DNA from: Gnetum montanum | Taxonomy: Eukaryota; Plantae; Gnetophyta | Assembly: GCA_015680685.1 (NCBI GenBank) | Contig: MNCI01002989.1 | Span: forward strand, 715,706 to 779,705 | Length of the DNA: 64,000 bases | Direction: 5' to 3' | Notes under the pieces: generated by a model | What the model saw: only the letters and a program-made list of their open reading frames with translations | The model's database searches: none | Told to the model about the DNA's origin: nothing | Program-made: the position numbers and the translations under genes | Shown: one piece after another, positions 12,326 through 25,100 of the stretch | Position numbering within the stretch: position 1 is the stretch's first letter | Layout of the letters: the number at the start of each line of letters is the position of its first letter

Positions 12326-13699
12326 CGATGTTAAGGCCTGAGGGAAAATACCGAATTTTGAAGGTTTTTATGAAGTTAAAAATGTAAATGAAGGACATGT
12401 GGGAAAGTGTTAAAGGGTTCCAGGGTAATTTAGTTAGTTTTGAAGGCACAAATAATTATATGTGGTTGGAATTGATCGATAAAGGCCTCAGGTGGTAAGG
12501 GAGAGAAAAAGGCCAGGTGATGATTCATAGGAACGTTGGAATTCAGAGGGATAGTAATAAGGGAAAGAACATTGTTGAAAATATCTTGAGGGTAATAAAT
12601 GGTATGTGGAAGATGGGTCATGAGTGCAAATTACAAAAATTATGCAAGTGGGTCCTCCCTAAAGCAGGTTTCAACTTATAATGCCCTTGTGTAACCATAC
12701 TTAAAAGTGTCCGTGGGCACTCGAAGGGTGAAATGTAATCCACACAGGTTCCACAAAACACACACATGTAAGTATCACTGGGATGAGATAAAAATTCTAC
12801 GGTATACGAGGCATGAGCTACAATTACATGAACAGTGAGATGAGACAGACTATAGAAGGGATTGTAGAGATTGGGACATGAGGTAACTGACCCAGGGCAC
12901 AGTGAATCTTGCGTGTAAAGCATGATTAATGTGTCATTAACCCGTTGTTCCAAGATCAGGACCAAGTCCATTCCTTTGATCAGTGACACTACATTTTTTC
13001 ATCTCATGATGAGCGACAATGGAGTACAAGAAAAACAAGGTGTACAATCACTTGGCATTTCGTTCAAGGGAGGAGTAATTTTTGCTTTGTGGCACTTCCT
13101 TTGTTTTGTTTTTTTTTTCGATTGCTGAATCCAAAGAAGCCGCCAACCTTCAGGCATGGGTGCATGTCTTTCCAATGGAACCCCCTAGAATAGCATTGGA
13201 TTTTTGAGTGCCATTTTGATTACTCTTACTCTCATTTTTTGTTAGATCTACAAGGATCTTAGTACAACCATGTTGCATGATAACTCCCATAGACGTCACC
13301 AAAGAGAATCTGCAAGTCCCCTTGATGTCACATCCTAATCATTCCCTCTTGATCCATCCTTCTTCATTCCAGGTACAATGAACACAAAATTAATATGAAA
13401 TTTCAAGGATGTCAAGAATATCACTGTACCCTCGAACAGAACCTCTTATTTGTAGAATGGATGAGTGGGTGTAATGGACTCACTGTCCAGATAATCGATC
13501 ACTCGAGACTTGATAATATAGAACACACCTCAACCAATGAGCCACATGAGTGTTTTATTCGTAGATGAGATTAATTATAAAAAGTTAAAAAGATAAAAAG
13601 ATAAAACAAGAAATTGAAAAGTGAAAAAATGGAAGACAAAAAATTGTAAAAATTAAAGAAAATGAAAAATATTTATTAATCCTACTTGTTATTAGAATG

Positions 13700-14860
13700 G
13701 GGGATATCCCCCATAACTAAACAGTTGAGCATGGCAAGGATTAATAGTTGAAAGATGAGGATCTTTACATGTTGGAAGTATTGAAACTTGGTCATACTTA
13801 CCCCATTGGGGGTTCACACACTTGATTATAGTAAGCATAGTGGGGCAATTTATAAGATGTGGTTCCCAGATAACGAGTTGACCCACTATGATACTTAAGA
13901 CTGTAAGATGTTATGCAAGGATCAAGATGTTGCTCTCCATGGCCATATTCATTGGGCCGTATGGTTGTTGGAGTGTTAATTGGTGGCCCTAATGAAGTGA
14001 CATGAGGCGTTGGGTTCGAAGTGAAGGATGCACCATAGTGTTGGACTTGTGCTGAGTTGGAGGATGCAGTGGCCTTGGAACTATGTTGTCCCTTCCTACG
14101 GTCATGTCTAAAGAAGGGACACCTTCGATGTTGAGGAGGTCTCTCACTGCTGTTGGCAAGAGTAGCACAAGTAACGTTTGTGGGTTGTTGTTGTGGTATA
14201 GACATTTCAGGAACAATTGGTGGTGATGTAGGAGGGAAAGGATGAGAACGTTGAAATTTGGGAGAATTGTAGGGTACACAAGGCGGTGGTTGTGTTGAGG
14301 ACATGGGCTGATAGTATTGAGGAGAATAATAATGCGGCGAGATAGAGTATGTTGACCCCGTTGGGGAAACAGGATGTTGGACTAGATAAGCATTTGGATT
14401 CAGATGATATGAAGGGTGTCTCCAGTTTAGGGATGGCTTCCCCCATGACTAGGATTGTTGTCACTATGATCAAACACAGTGTCTCTGTATGAACTCTAGG
14501 TGTAACGTGCTTCCCCAATGCTCATATAAATGTAACAAGATTGGGCATTGGCCCTTGGGGTGATCGTACAGGAAAATGTTGCATTCATACGTATGATCGG
14601 CAGTTGAGCTCTTATTTTCCTCATCCCTTCTTTCCCATTGTCTAATGATACTTTTTCCTGCTTCTTGGGTTGTCAAAACTCTATCTCCAATAATATTGAT
14701 ATATTCTCCACACTTTTTATGCATCCATTCTAGCCTCTTATTGATCTTTGCCTCGATTTCATCTACTGATTGTTGTACTGACAAAGATGGTTCTTCCTCC
14801 TTGAGATAGGTTGATTTTTCCTTTTTGTGATTATGGACCTCTGTTAAGTTGAGATTCTGG
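13700..14860 (-). pseudogene. Remnant of gag C-terminus in Athila A
   Basis: Decayed knuckle CNIFLYDHPKGQCPIL resembles YDICQYEHPRDCLIL in the gag of element C, followed by a Pro/Ser-rich tail. No PR/RT/RH/INT motifs were seen. Confidence 0.5.
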
Positions 14861-15389
14861 NNNNNNNNNNNNNNNNNNNNNNNNNNNNNNNNNNNNNNNN
14901 NNNNNNNNNNNNNNNNNNNNNNNNNNNNNNNNNNNNNNNNNNNNNNNNNNNNNNNNNNNNNNNNNNNNNNNNNNNNNNNNNNNNNNNNNNNNNNNNNNNN
15001 NNNNNNNNNNNNNNNNNNNNNNNNNNNNNNNNNNNNNNNNNNNNNNNNNNNNNNNNNNNNNNNNNNNNNNNNNNNNNNNNNNNNNNNNNNNNNNNNNNNN
15101 NNNNNNNNNNNNNNNNNNNNNNNNNNNNNNNNNNNNNNNNNNNNNNNNNNNNNNNNNNNNNNNNNNNNNNNNNNNNNNNNNNNNNNNNNNNNNNNNNNNN
15201 NNNNNNNNNNNNNNNNNNNNNNNNNNNNNNNNNNNNNNNNNNNNNNNNNNNNNNNNNNNNNNNNNNNNNNNNNNNNNNNNNNNNNNNNNNNNNNNNNNNN
15301 NNNNNNNNNNNNNNNNNNNNNNNNNNNNNNNNNNNNNNNNNNNNNNNNNNNNNNNNNNNNNNNNNNNNNNNNNNNNNNNNNNNNNNNNN
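14861..15389. other. Assembly gap (529 N); a smaller gap lies at 12220-12242
   Basis: Runs of n. Confidence 1.
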
Positions 15390-15606
15390 TGCTCACTCCA
15401 ATCTTCATTGTCATATAATTCATTGGTTCTCCAGTGAATTTCCTCACTAGGTAGGACATTATCATAGTCTTGTAGGAGAGGCATGGTTGTGCAATTGTGT
15501 GTGAATTTATATGTGACTTTTTATAATGATTTCTTCCTACAAGATATATCATTAATTCCTGTACAGTGACCTTGTATGATATAACTAATCTAGATAACTA
15601 GTATCA

Positions 15607-15624
15607 TCCCCAGTAACGGTGCCA
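15607..15624 (-). promoter_or_regulatory. Primer-binding site (tRNA-Asp) of Athila A
   Basis: TGGCACCGTTACTGGGGA, a decayed form of the Athila PBS TGGCGCCGTTGCCGGGGA. Confidence 0.9.
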
Positions 15625-15625
15625 A

Positions 15626-16419
15626 TGATGAGTGACGAGGTACCCCTACACTCAACCATACGAATACGAGCGTTTCATGCATGATTCGGTCGAACTCCAT
15701 AGATGGGCTAGTTGTGGTATCTAGACAGTTATTCTGAGGTCGCAGTTCACTGTCTTCCCACTTGGACTAGTATTAACTTTGTCACGTATGGTTTAGTCTA
15801 GAGTGAGGTGTATGATATGTTCCTACACTAATGCTACTCCTGGGTACGATGGGAAATAATATTAACTAAGCTAAGAGAGAGAGGGTGAGAGAGAATCTAA
15901 GCTAGTCTAAGTGCAATGAGCATCCGTTCCTTAATCATCCGTACACATCTTGGACCTGGTGCACGACTACCACTGGGATTACCAAGCGCATGGCCTAAGT
16001 ACACTACTGGGTTACCAAGTAGTCACACTTGAATGCTTGTGATTAAGTCGTACTCACTCTGCATTACTAGGAGATAAGGGTGAGAGATATTAACTGAGAA
16101 AGCAGTAAATAACAATTAAATAAATAATTAAACTAAGTGACTACTAGAATGATGAAGTAATATCGATCTTTATTACCGGTCATGCGCGTGTCCAAGTATG
16201 TCACACTCGAATAAGGATGCCATACAATTACAATCACCACACTGCGGGCATACACTGGGAGAGAAGGGTTGAGAGAGAAATTGATGTAAAAAGAAACTTA
16301 AATTTAACAACTGTAATCACTAATGCCTACTAGATCTATCTACCTCTTATTTATAGATGAGGAGACAGGCTGCGATATCGCATACGCAATATCACGACCA
16401 ACAAAATGATAACTCATCA
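15626..16419 (-). repeat. 5' LTR of Athila A (794 bp)
   Basis: Matches 8008-8787 and carries one extra ~14-bp GATATC-type unit near its U3 end. Confidence 0.95.
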
Positions 16420-16926
16420 TCCTTGTAGGTGAAGAAAAAATTTGGAAAGCTTTCATACCATAAATGACTACTAAGTTTATCATTTCCATGCTTTTAAAAG
16501 TTGCACAAAGTTTATTTTGTAAATGCTGCATATGTCTTTCTTTAGAAGAAACATATCTCTTTTACTTGACCATTGAAATTGGTAGAATTCTTCAAAAAGG
16601 TCGCAAATATGCTTTTCATAAATAACATCAATAGGAATACCTTCCTTATAATAAGATATTATTTTTTGTTTTAACATATCAAAAATTTTCATTGAATAAA
16701 TATTTCTAGGTTCATCCCTAGGACCAAGCAACCTATGATACTATGAACCATCTAAATCTATATGGCTACTTTCTTTATACATCACACAAGCCCACTCTTT
16801 TGCCCATCTTATGATACAAATAATAAATTTACATTGACAACCTATTTTTCATCAAACTTGCTTATGAACCCTACACTCCTTTGGCATGATACCAACTATT
16901 TTTTAGGTTAAAATTAACATTAGTAC
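16420..16926 (-). pseudogene. MULE/SWIM transposase pseudogene exon, part upstream of the Athila insertion
   Basis: Starts after a tacag acceptor. Reads Y*C*F*P (cf. YWCSFGP), IGCQCKFII, HIDLDG, GIPIDVIYEKH, RDMFLLKKDI, DKLSSHLWYESFPNFFFTYK. The frame continues across the TCCTT TSD into 8007. Confidence 0.85.
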
Positions 16927-16999
16927 CTGTACATATAAACTTTAAAAGTTAGAATCTATATACAAAAAATTAATGTATGTTTTTTTAAAAAGAATATAA

Positions 17000-17310
17000 T
17001 AATAGTTTGTTAGTGAATCTAACTAACATAATAGTGAGTCTTAGAAATCTAAGTATCATTCCAAGATTGTTGGTTCCATTTATTATACCATAACTTTGTT
17101 GGAAAGTATGTATTATTTTTTTTTTCCATTTATAAAATCATTAATTTAATCTTTACATATCCATACAAATGCATCATCATAATAATATGACCATTGTAGA
17201 TCATCCTTGCCAAACGAGCTAGGTGGTGGATTTTGAATTTCTTTTTGCCATGCATATTTCTAAAATCCTTCATGTTCTTGAAATTTTCTTTTCTATACCA
17301 ATGAATTTAA
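17000..17310 (-). pseudogene. MULE/SWIM transposase pseudogene, N-terminal exon (AT4G13970-like family)
   Basis: Manual minus-strand translation IQNPPPSSFGKDDLQWS...AFVWICKD*INDFING...FPTK aligns with the recalled N-terminus of AT4G13970-type proteins (VQNPPTLEFSSADLVWS...RVDDFVRGE...CPTRF). Boundaries approximate. Confidence 0.7.
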
Positions 17311-18651
17311 AACATAGCTCAAAATTAATAAAACTAATATACAATTTAAATTCATAGTACAATCAAATTTTACAATAAAGTAAACCATATTTTCATAACT
17401 ATTTTTTTGCAGTAAAGTTTATTTCTTATTTTTATATCATTGTTTAGGTAAGAAAAAATTGTCAGTTTGTGAATTTTTACTATTCATAGAATAGTAATTT
17501 AGTTTGCATAAGTGAGTCTCCAATTTTATTTTACTTAATAATATACCATTAGTTAACAAGAGATGACATGACCTTTGTTAAAATAAATTGTTTATGAAGC
17601 ATGAGGAATTAGTATAGATACATACAATTAATTAATTTATTTTCAAAATGATATCAAGTTTACACGCTATTCAAAATAAAGTTATAAATTTTTAGGAGAG
17701 TAGAGAAATGAAATACAAGTTTTCATCAAAAATTATGTAATAATAGTGAAGCATGCTCTCATGTGTTCATTCACATCACTAAAATACTATGATTATTGAT
17801 TTCCATAGCTATTTATACTACAACTATTGGCTACTTGTATTATCCTCTTTATCATTGTAACCATTATTATCCATTAAAAATTTGTTAACAAGGAAATATT
17901 TGGACCTTAATTTATAGGAAAAAGCATACTAATCCAAATCTAAGGATTGCTTTTCATTGAAGAAACATCAAATAGCTACAGTTTCTAGTTTCAATGTCAA
18001 GGAAATTTAAATGAGTGTAAAAAATAAAAAAAAATCAAATGTAGCTTTCTATCTTTATAAATATTCATTAATTAGAAATAACACAGGTAGATCTAGTCCT
18101 GATGGTTTGGTAAGTTTTGCAACTTCTTTTTCATTATAGTTTATAGAACAAACTCTTAAAAAAATAAGCAATGATTTAACTCTCAAATATTTCAGCAAAC
18201 TCTCATTTAAAGGTTGTCTCCAGTTATTAGGCTTTATGAAAGTAATGTATAACTTGCTTATCGTAAATTATGACATAGTTTTTTTTAACTCATGACAATG
18301 TAAAGAATGAGGATCAATTATTAGAACAATGCATTATTTGTCTTGTAAATTTCATTTCCCCAACCATCCCCTACTTAGAAGTTCAGAACAAATGCAAGTT
18401 AGCAAAATAAAAGACTAATTCTCTTGTGCCAGAAAAGTATCATATCTCTACATCAATAATCTATAACCATATCAATCTACTTTCTATATGAAGCAATTCC
18501 TTTCATAAAAGATGAAGAGGAAATTGGTATATATTCATGGTTGAAAAAAAATAAGGGAAGGAAACTTTCAATAGCTTTTCTATCCTAGTATGTGACTCAA
18601 TTTTTATATTGTGTAGTAAATGAGAGCTAGTTTAAATTTATAGTTTTGTAT

Positions 18652-20304
18652 TGTAATGATAAAAAATGTCGGTGGCTAGAACACCAAGGGGTCCATGGAC
18701 ACACAATCCTAACCCTAGTCCATGTGAGGGCTTGTTGGAGGTAGAGACGGGGTGCCCAGAACAATCTTGTCAATTGAACAGGGACTTACCAAATGCGATG
18801 CCATACAATGCTAAGTGTTCATGTGGTGTTTGTAGTGTCACCGTGGTGAGCGTAGTCAAGGGTTTTGGTGCAAAACGAAGGCATCAATACACAACTATGC
18901 ATAAAAACAATAGAAAATGCAAGTAGAATGCTAAAAATGCAAGTAAAAATGCTAAAAATGCACAAAAAAGAGCAAGAAAGAACGGAACACCACCCCAATT
19001 GGGGTTGGGGTTGAGCCTAGTTAACTCTAGAAGGGGTGAGAAGGTACATGGTGTACAATAGGCATAGTGGATAGCGTAGTCACAATCTTGAGGGTGTCTA
19101 GCTACAAAGATTGACATTTTGTTGTGGTGTTTATGCCTATCGGGTCGGCCATTGTGGTGTGCAGTGGATTGTAGTGGTCTATGGTGTCTTGCGGTGAGCT
19201 ACGATGGTGTGTAACCTTGCCAAATGCTAACCCAAAATTTGCTAATGCCTTGACTTGCCAAAATGCTAAATGTGCTTCAAATTTGCTAATGTTCAAATTT
19301 ACCAACTTGCTTCAATTTTTTCCAACACCTAAAACATCAAGGACTGGGGTATTTATAGGCCTAGGATTAGCGTGAAATGTAGATTGGCTGCCATGTGGTA
19401 GTAGGACAGTTGGGACTACGCTACACCCAACTACACTCTCCATTGAGGCTAGTGGTATTGTGCTCTACTCTACTTTGACGAATTCTGTGAGACTATGAGA
19501 TTGTGACTACACTGCCAACTACATGTTTGTGTGCCAAAAAGACCATAATTTACTTGAAAAAATGCAACTTTGAAGACTATGCTCTAGGACTACGCTGTCT
19601 ATTGTCTCGAGTGGGATCGAGTGTAGTTATAATTTGGGGCTAAAAAGGGACACAACAAAGATGCATTTTTGCTAACTATGGTTGTTGGAGGTGTGTTGGA
19701 GTTGATCTGAATACTAGTGCCACATTGTGGAGGCCTTTAAAGGCTATTCTGGCTAACTACGCTCTGGACTAGGGGAGAGCGTAGTCCAACACTCAAAAAA
19801 ACATTTTATAGAAAATGACTGTGTGCTAACTACAATCTCCATGGGAGGCTTACTATGCATCCAACTATTGTTGAGCATAGTCCTACCACTTGTCAAAACT
19901 TGTAGAAATTGGCTTCCAGTTGACTATGCTTGACTATGCTCCAGGGCAGTGGAGAGCATAGTCTCAATGCTTAGAAAAGTCTGTAGTGGTTGGCTTGACA
20001 CTTGGAAAATTTTGTAAAACTAACATTTGGTGTTGAATATCCTCTCTACTAAGCTAACTACACTTTGGGGTAGTGGAGAGTGTAGTTCCAACACTTAGAA
20101 AAATTTGTAGCTTCTTGCTTCATGATGAAACTTAGGAAAAACTGCAAAAAATCAAATTTTGGAGTTGACTATGCTCTCCACTAGGCTAACTACTCTTTGG
20201 GGTAGTGGAGAGTGTAGTCCTAGCACTTAGAAAAAATTTCCTCATGCTGAAACTTAGACAAATTTGCAATTGAGATGTTGTAGCCCAAATTTGGTGGTGT
20301 TTCA
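18652..20304 (-). repeat. 3' LTR of the Tat element
   Basis: TGTAA...TTTCA, a diverged direct repeat of 36290-37946. Adjacent PPT-like AAAGAGCGGCTAA on the minus strand. Many ACTAC(G/A)CTCT / ACTATGCTCT units. Confidence 0.92.
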
Positions 20305-21239
20305 TTAGCCGCTCTTTGTTGACATTTGGAGGAGTGGCCTGAGAGAGATCAACAAAGAATTGCAAAACACTATAGTAGGCTTGGCACCAACATTGCTTGT
20401 CAATACTTGATCCAATGTCATTGCATCATGCTCAAGAGTGCTGTGGATAGTCGTATGTTGGGAGTACAAGGTGCAGGTAACTTGCTAAGGGTAAAAGAGG
20501 AGATGAGGTGCAAATTTGGGATGCAAAGTTAGCATGGCTAATAGTGGACCATGGCACTAGGGTGGCTTACCTTTGAAAACATTGATCTCTCATTAGAGTG
20601 CTCATGAGAGAGTTGGTGTGGATTTAGGACCTAATTGGTTGTGGAATTATAGCTCTACTAATTTGCTTGGGGATGTGCCTTTCCCCCTTTGTTCTTTTTT
20701 GTTTTTGTTTTTACCTTTTTCTTTTTCCTTTTGCTTTTTTGCTATGGGTTCTACATATTGCTAAATGCTAGCTACAGTGTGCCTTTCATCAAGTGAACTA
20801 CATGCCATCGGATGGGCTTTACTTTGATGCTTGTGAAACCACGTTGTGTCTATAGGATAGGTGTTACCTCCCTAGGATGACTTGTGTTACATCCACCTAG
20901 GCTTTGACCAACCAACAAAGACTCCTCATGGGACAACTTATGTTATGTTTGCCTTGGGTTCTATGGTTTGACTTGCAAAGGGTGCCATGTGGTCACAACA
21001 TGTATGCATCAGAAGGATTTGCAAGCTTTGCTATGCCGAGAATGCAGGCATATTGGGGCATAGGGTTGGATGTAAGTAGGCTATAGTAGGGTAGTAGGGA
21101 TGTGTACTCTTGAATGGTGTAGCTAGTCTAACCATGCACATCAGTGTAATGAGGTGACTTGCTGCTGTAATGAGATGCACCTTTGCATGATGACCTCAAG
21201 GCTTTATCCTACAAACGCAACTTTAAGAAGATAGGGAAA

Positions 21240-21610
21240 ACACCAAAAGATGAAATAAAAATAAAATGGCAGGGGCGATGATGCTGTGAATGCTCCAAAG
21301 GCCATGCCAGTTGTAAGTGTTCAAAAAACCAGAAAAATGCTAGGGGGTGATGATTTTGCAAATGCTTCGAAGGTCGAACTAATGGAAAGAGCTTATAAAA
21401 TAAACAAAATGACAGGGGGCCATAATGCTGCAAGTGCTCCAAAGACCATACTGATGGCAAGAGCTAAAAAAATTAGCAAAATGGTAAGGGGCCATGATGC
21501 CATAAGTGCTCCAAAGGCCAAACCAATGGCAAGAGATAAAAAAACTAGCAAAATTCCTAGGGGCCATGATGCTGCGAGTACTTCCAAGGCTGCACCAATT
21601 GTGGGTGTTC
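21240..21610. repeat. ~72-bp tandem repeat (about 5 copies) in the Tat 3' region
   Basis: Recurring AAAAT..AGGGGCCATGATGC..AAGTGCTCCAAAGGC; 24-aa periodicity in ORF 21286..21618. Confidence 0.85.
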
Positions 21611-21769
21611 CGTTCTAAGATTGTAGGATCCTTGCTTGCATGATGTGGAGAAGTTGGGGCGGGGGGAGGTGGGAGGGGGGAGGAAGGAGAAAGTTAGAAG
21701 CATTCTCGCTCTCCCACTTGTAGAGCCATGTGTGGTTGTCCACAAACCTAGTTTAAGGTCCTAGCAAAC

Positions 21770-22090
21770 CGTGGTGCACTAGTTTATAGTCCTAGGAGAC
21801 TGCTATGTGCTAGTTTAGCATCATAGCAAATAGATGCAGTGCTAGTTTAATGTCATAGTGGATGAGCTATTGTGCCAGTTCAGCATCGTAATCTAAGGAC
21901 AAATGCTGTGCTAGTTTAGCATTATGGCAGATGAGTAGTGTGTGTATGCCAATTTAACGTCATAATGGATGGATGCTCTACCAGTTTAACATCATAGTGG
22001 ACAAATGGTATGGATGCCAGTTTAACATCATAGCAAATAAGTGCTTACCTTATGCTAGTTTAATGTCATAGCGGATGGATGCTTACCATG
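21770..22090. repeat. ~31-38-bp tandem repeat (about 9 copies) downstream of the Tat integrase
   Basis: Recurring TG(C/T)(C/T)AGTTTA(A/G)CATCATAG... Confidence 0.85.
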
Positions 22091-22116
22091 TTAAATTGAT
22101 GTATGATGCTACATGT

Positions 22117-25100
22117 TAGGCATAGTATAGCTTTAGGTATGAATGGTTCACTAGATTGGCAAACTCATTTTTATCTTGATTAGCAAGCTTGAATGCTCCA
22201 TTATCATAGGCCTTAGTGACCAAGAAAGGCCCTTCCTAGTTGGTTGAGAACTTATTCATGGGTTTGCAAATTTCCTTGAGGACTAGGTCCCCTTTCTTGA
22301 TTGGGCATTGGTGCTGGTTGTGATAGTGCTTTTGCCGTTACTTTTCTTGGTACCGTTCAATGTAATCAAGCATCTACATGCACTCTTCCTCTATTGAGTT
22401 GAGGTCTATGGTTCTCAACTCATTGTTCTAAGCTTCATCAATGAAGTTCAAGAGGATCACCTAGAGTGATGGAACCTACAATTCGAGTGGAAAGATTACT
22501 TTAGACCTATAGACAAGAATGTAAGGAATCTTACCTATTACTATTCAACGTGTTATGTAGTAGGCCCAAAGTGTGTAGACTAGTTGCTCATGCCATCATT
22601 GTTTGTTGTTAATTAGCATCTTCTTTAGCAGGTTGATGATGACTTTGTTAGTGGCTTCCTCTTGGCCATTTGCCTAAGAGTAGTATGGTGACAAAAAGGA
22701 ATGTTTAATGCCAAAGCACTCACAAAAGGCTCTAGTTTCAACACTACTAAATTATGACCCATTACCTATTATTATGGTCATGGGCAAGCCAAAACAAATC
22801 ACTATGTTATCAACCACAAATTTGCAAACCTATTGCGATGTCATCTTCCTCAGGAAAATAGCCTCAACCCACTTGGTGAAATACTCATTTGTGATTATTA
22901 TGAAGCTATGCCCTATGGAGGACTTAGGCATGATGGGTCCAATGATGTCCAAGCCCCAACGTTGGAATGGCCACGCGATCTACATTGTGTGCAATTCAAC
23001 CAATGGCATGTGCATTAAGTTGCCATGCCATTGACACATGTTAAACATTTTGAGCTTTGCGACACAATTACACTCCATGTAAGACCAATAATAGCCTAGC
23101 TGTCTAATTTTTGTTGCCATTTCTCTAGGTGCTATGTGACCTCCTCACAGTCCCTCATGGACTTGTTCAATGATTATTTTCGCCTCGCTGTCACTTGCAT
23201 AAGTTAGTAGTATGCCATTTTAGGATCTATGAGATAACATATGATGGTCCACAATGACGTACTACTATGAACGTTTGTGTACTACATCTTTTTGTGCAAG
23301 AGTCAAATGTTGTGGAGGCTCACATTGTAGAAGGTACGCCTTAATGTCATCATACCACTCTCTTGCTTGGGTTGTGCTTACTGTGGTTATGGATGCAATG
23401 TTATTGATTTGTGTGATAGGCACAATGCAATCCACCACCAAGGTGGGAAATGCGTGGAACATGTTAGGTGTGATGCTAAGGGCTAATGTTGCTAATGTGT
23501 TGACAATGGCATTTTCATTTCAAGGAATGTGTTGGACATTGGTAGTTGCAAAGTGTTGAAGAAAGTGCTTTACTAGGTCATAGTAAGGTTGCAAATGTTG
23601 GGCCTTGTAGGCATAAACCTCTATCACTTGGTTAATCACTAATTATAAGTCACTGTAGATCACTAGGTGTTGGATCCCTAGGTCACGTGTTGCAAGGATA
23701 CCTAGGAGGAGACCTTCGTACTTTGCCATGTTGTTAGTGTGAGGGAATGCAAAACGATATGTGAAGGGTTAGATCTCCCTAGAGGAAAGCATGATAATGG
23801 TGGTAGTGCTACCCCTTTGAGAGGTTAAAGTTCTATCGAAATGTAGGAGTGCCCCATAGTTGTCAAACACTTGACTAATGCTATTGACATGCTCATCTAG
23901 GAATTTTAGGTCTATGGTTGCTTGATCATCTATGGGTGAAGCTGTGAGTTGTGTGGCTATAGCTTAACCTTTTATCGAGGCTTGCACAATGTAATGTAGG
24001 TCAAACTCTATTGTTATTTATTTCCATCGTGCAATACGACTACTTTCATAGATGTTTGTTGTGATCCCTTGGAGTATGTTAGTTTTGCAAATGATGTTGA
24101 CTTAGCTATGGAAAAGATAATGCCTCCACTTCTTGAACGAGAAGACTAAGGCAAAGCAATGCTTTTCCACATCATTGTATTTTTCTTTATGGGCTACTAA
24201 GATGTGGCTCAAGTATAAACTAGGACCTCTATGCCATCATCTCGCTTTTGGAAAAGCAGAGAAGTGATAAACATGTCGAAAGTGGCAAGGTAGATGTAAA
24301 AAGGTTTATCTCCTTACAGAGGGTGAACTATAGGAAGTTATACTAGCTCTTGCTTAAGGTTGTTAAATGCTTATTGGAATTAAGCTGTCCACTTGAAGTG
24401 GGCTCCTTTCTTGAGCAGATGTTGCATTCGCTATAACTTATCGATTAACCATGCAATAAACCTACGTATAAATTGTAGTCTACATTGCAATCCTTGTAGC
24501 TCATTAAGGTTGGCTAGTAGTGCTAAGTTGGTTATGACCTTAACCTTATCAGGGTCTACACACATTCTTACTTTGGATACTACAAAACTAAGCATCCGAC
24601 CTGTTCTGACATTGAAAACATACTTCTTGGGATTCGTCCCAAGATCATGTTTTAAGCAATTTTTAAGCACTATGTCTAGATCATTTGCATGATTGCAAGT
24701 TGCTTTGGACTTAATTGTGATGTCATCAACACAGTCATTAAGAAAAATTAGAATGTAATCACTAAAGATGTATGTCATTGCATGTTGATATGTTGCTCTT
24801 GTATTCTTGAGTCCAAAGGGCATCATGGTATAGCAAAATGTACCCTAGGGGGTCATGAAGGTTGTACTGAGTTGGTGATTAGTGTTGATCCTAATCCGAT
24901 TGTAGCCCCAGAACCCATCCATAAAGGATAATAAGGCATGTCTAGCTGTGGTATCGATTAGTTGATCAATACTGGGCAATGGAAAGTTGTCCTTAATGGT
25001 TTCCTTGTTTAGGCCCCGGAAGTCTATGCAAATGTGTATACTTCCATTTGTCTTAGGCAAAACTACGATGTTGGAGACCCAGTCTACATACTCAATGGCC

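Larger units (their letters stand above)
8008..16419 (-). mobile_element. Athila-like Ty3/gypsy element A, apparently non-autonomous (no pol seen), with env-like ORF
   Basis: Two LTRs TGATGAG...CTCATCA, TSD TCCTT at 8003-8007 and 16420-16424, tRNA-Asp PBS, PPT. Confidence 0.93.

Noticed and set aside
14470-15552. Long ORFs of 360, 217 and 189 aa in the track
   Set aside because: They stay open only because they run through the 529-N gap.
18215-18230. ATAACTGGAG on the minus strand as a possible RPL37 exon 3 start
   Set aside because: No AG acceptor, and the downstream translation does not match NWSVKAIRRKTTGTGRM.
18345-18390. LLSRGWLGNEI as a possible Ulp1 protease motif
   Set aside because: The match is too short, and no catalytic His/Asp/Cys motifs were found nearby.
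18666-19375. Small ORFs duplicated at 36198-37005, and likewise 42946/55833
   Set aside because: These are chance ORFs within LTR pairs, not genes.
21770-22090. Regularly spaced ~33-bp repeats resembling a CRISPR array
   Set aside because: The intervening sequences are short and related to each other, no cas genes are present, and the array lies in a plant retrotransposon 3' region.
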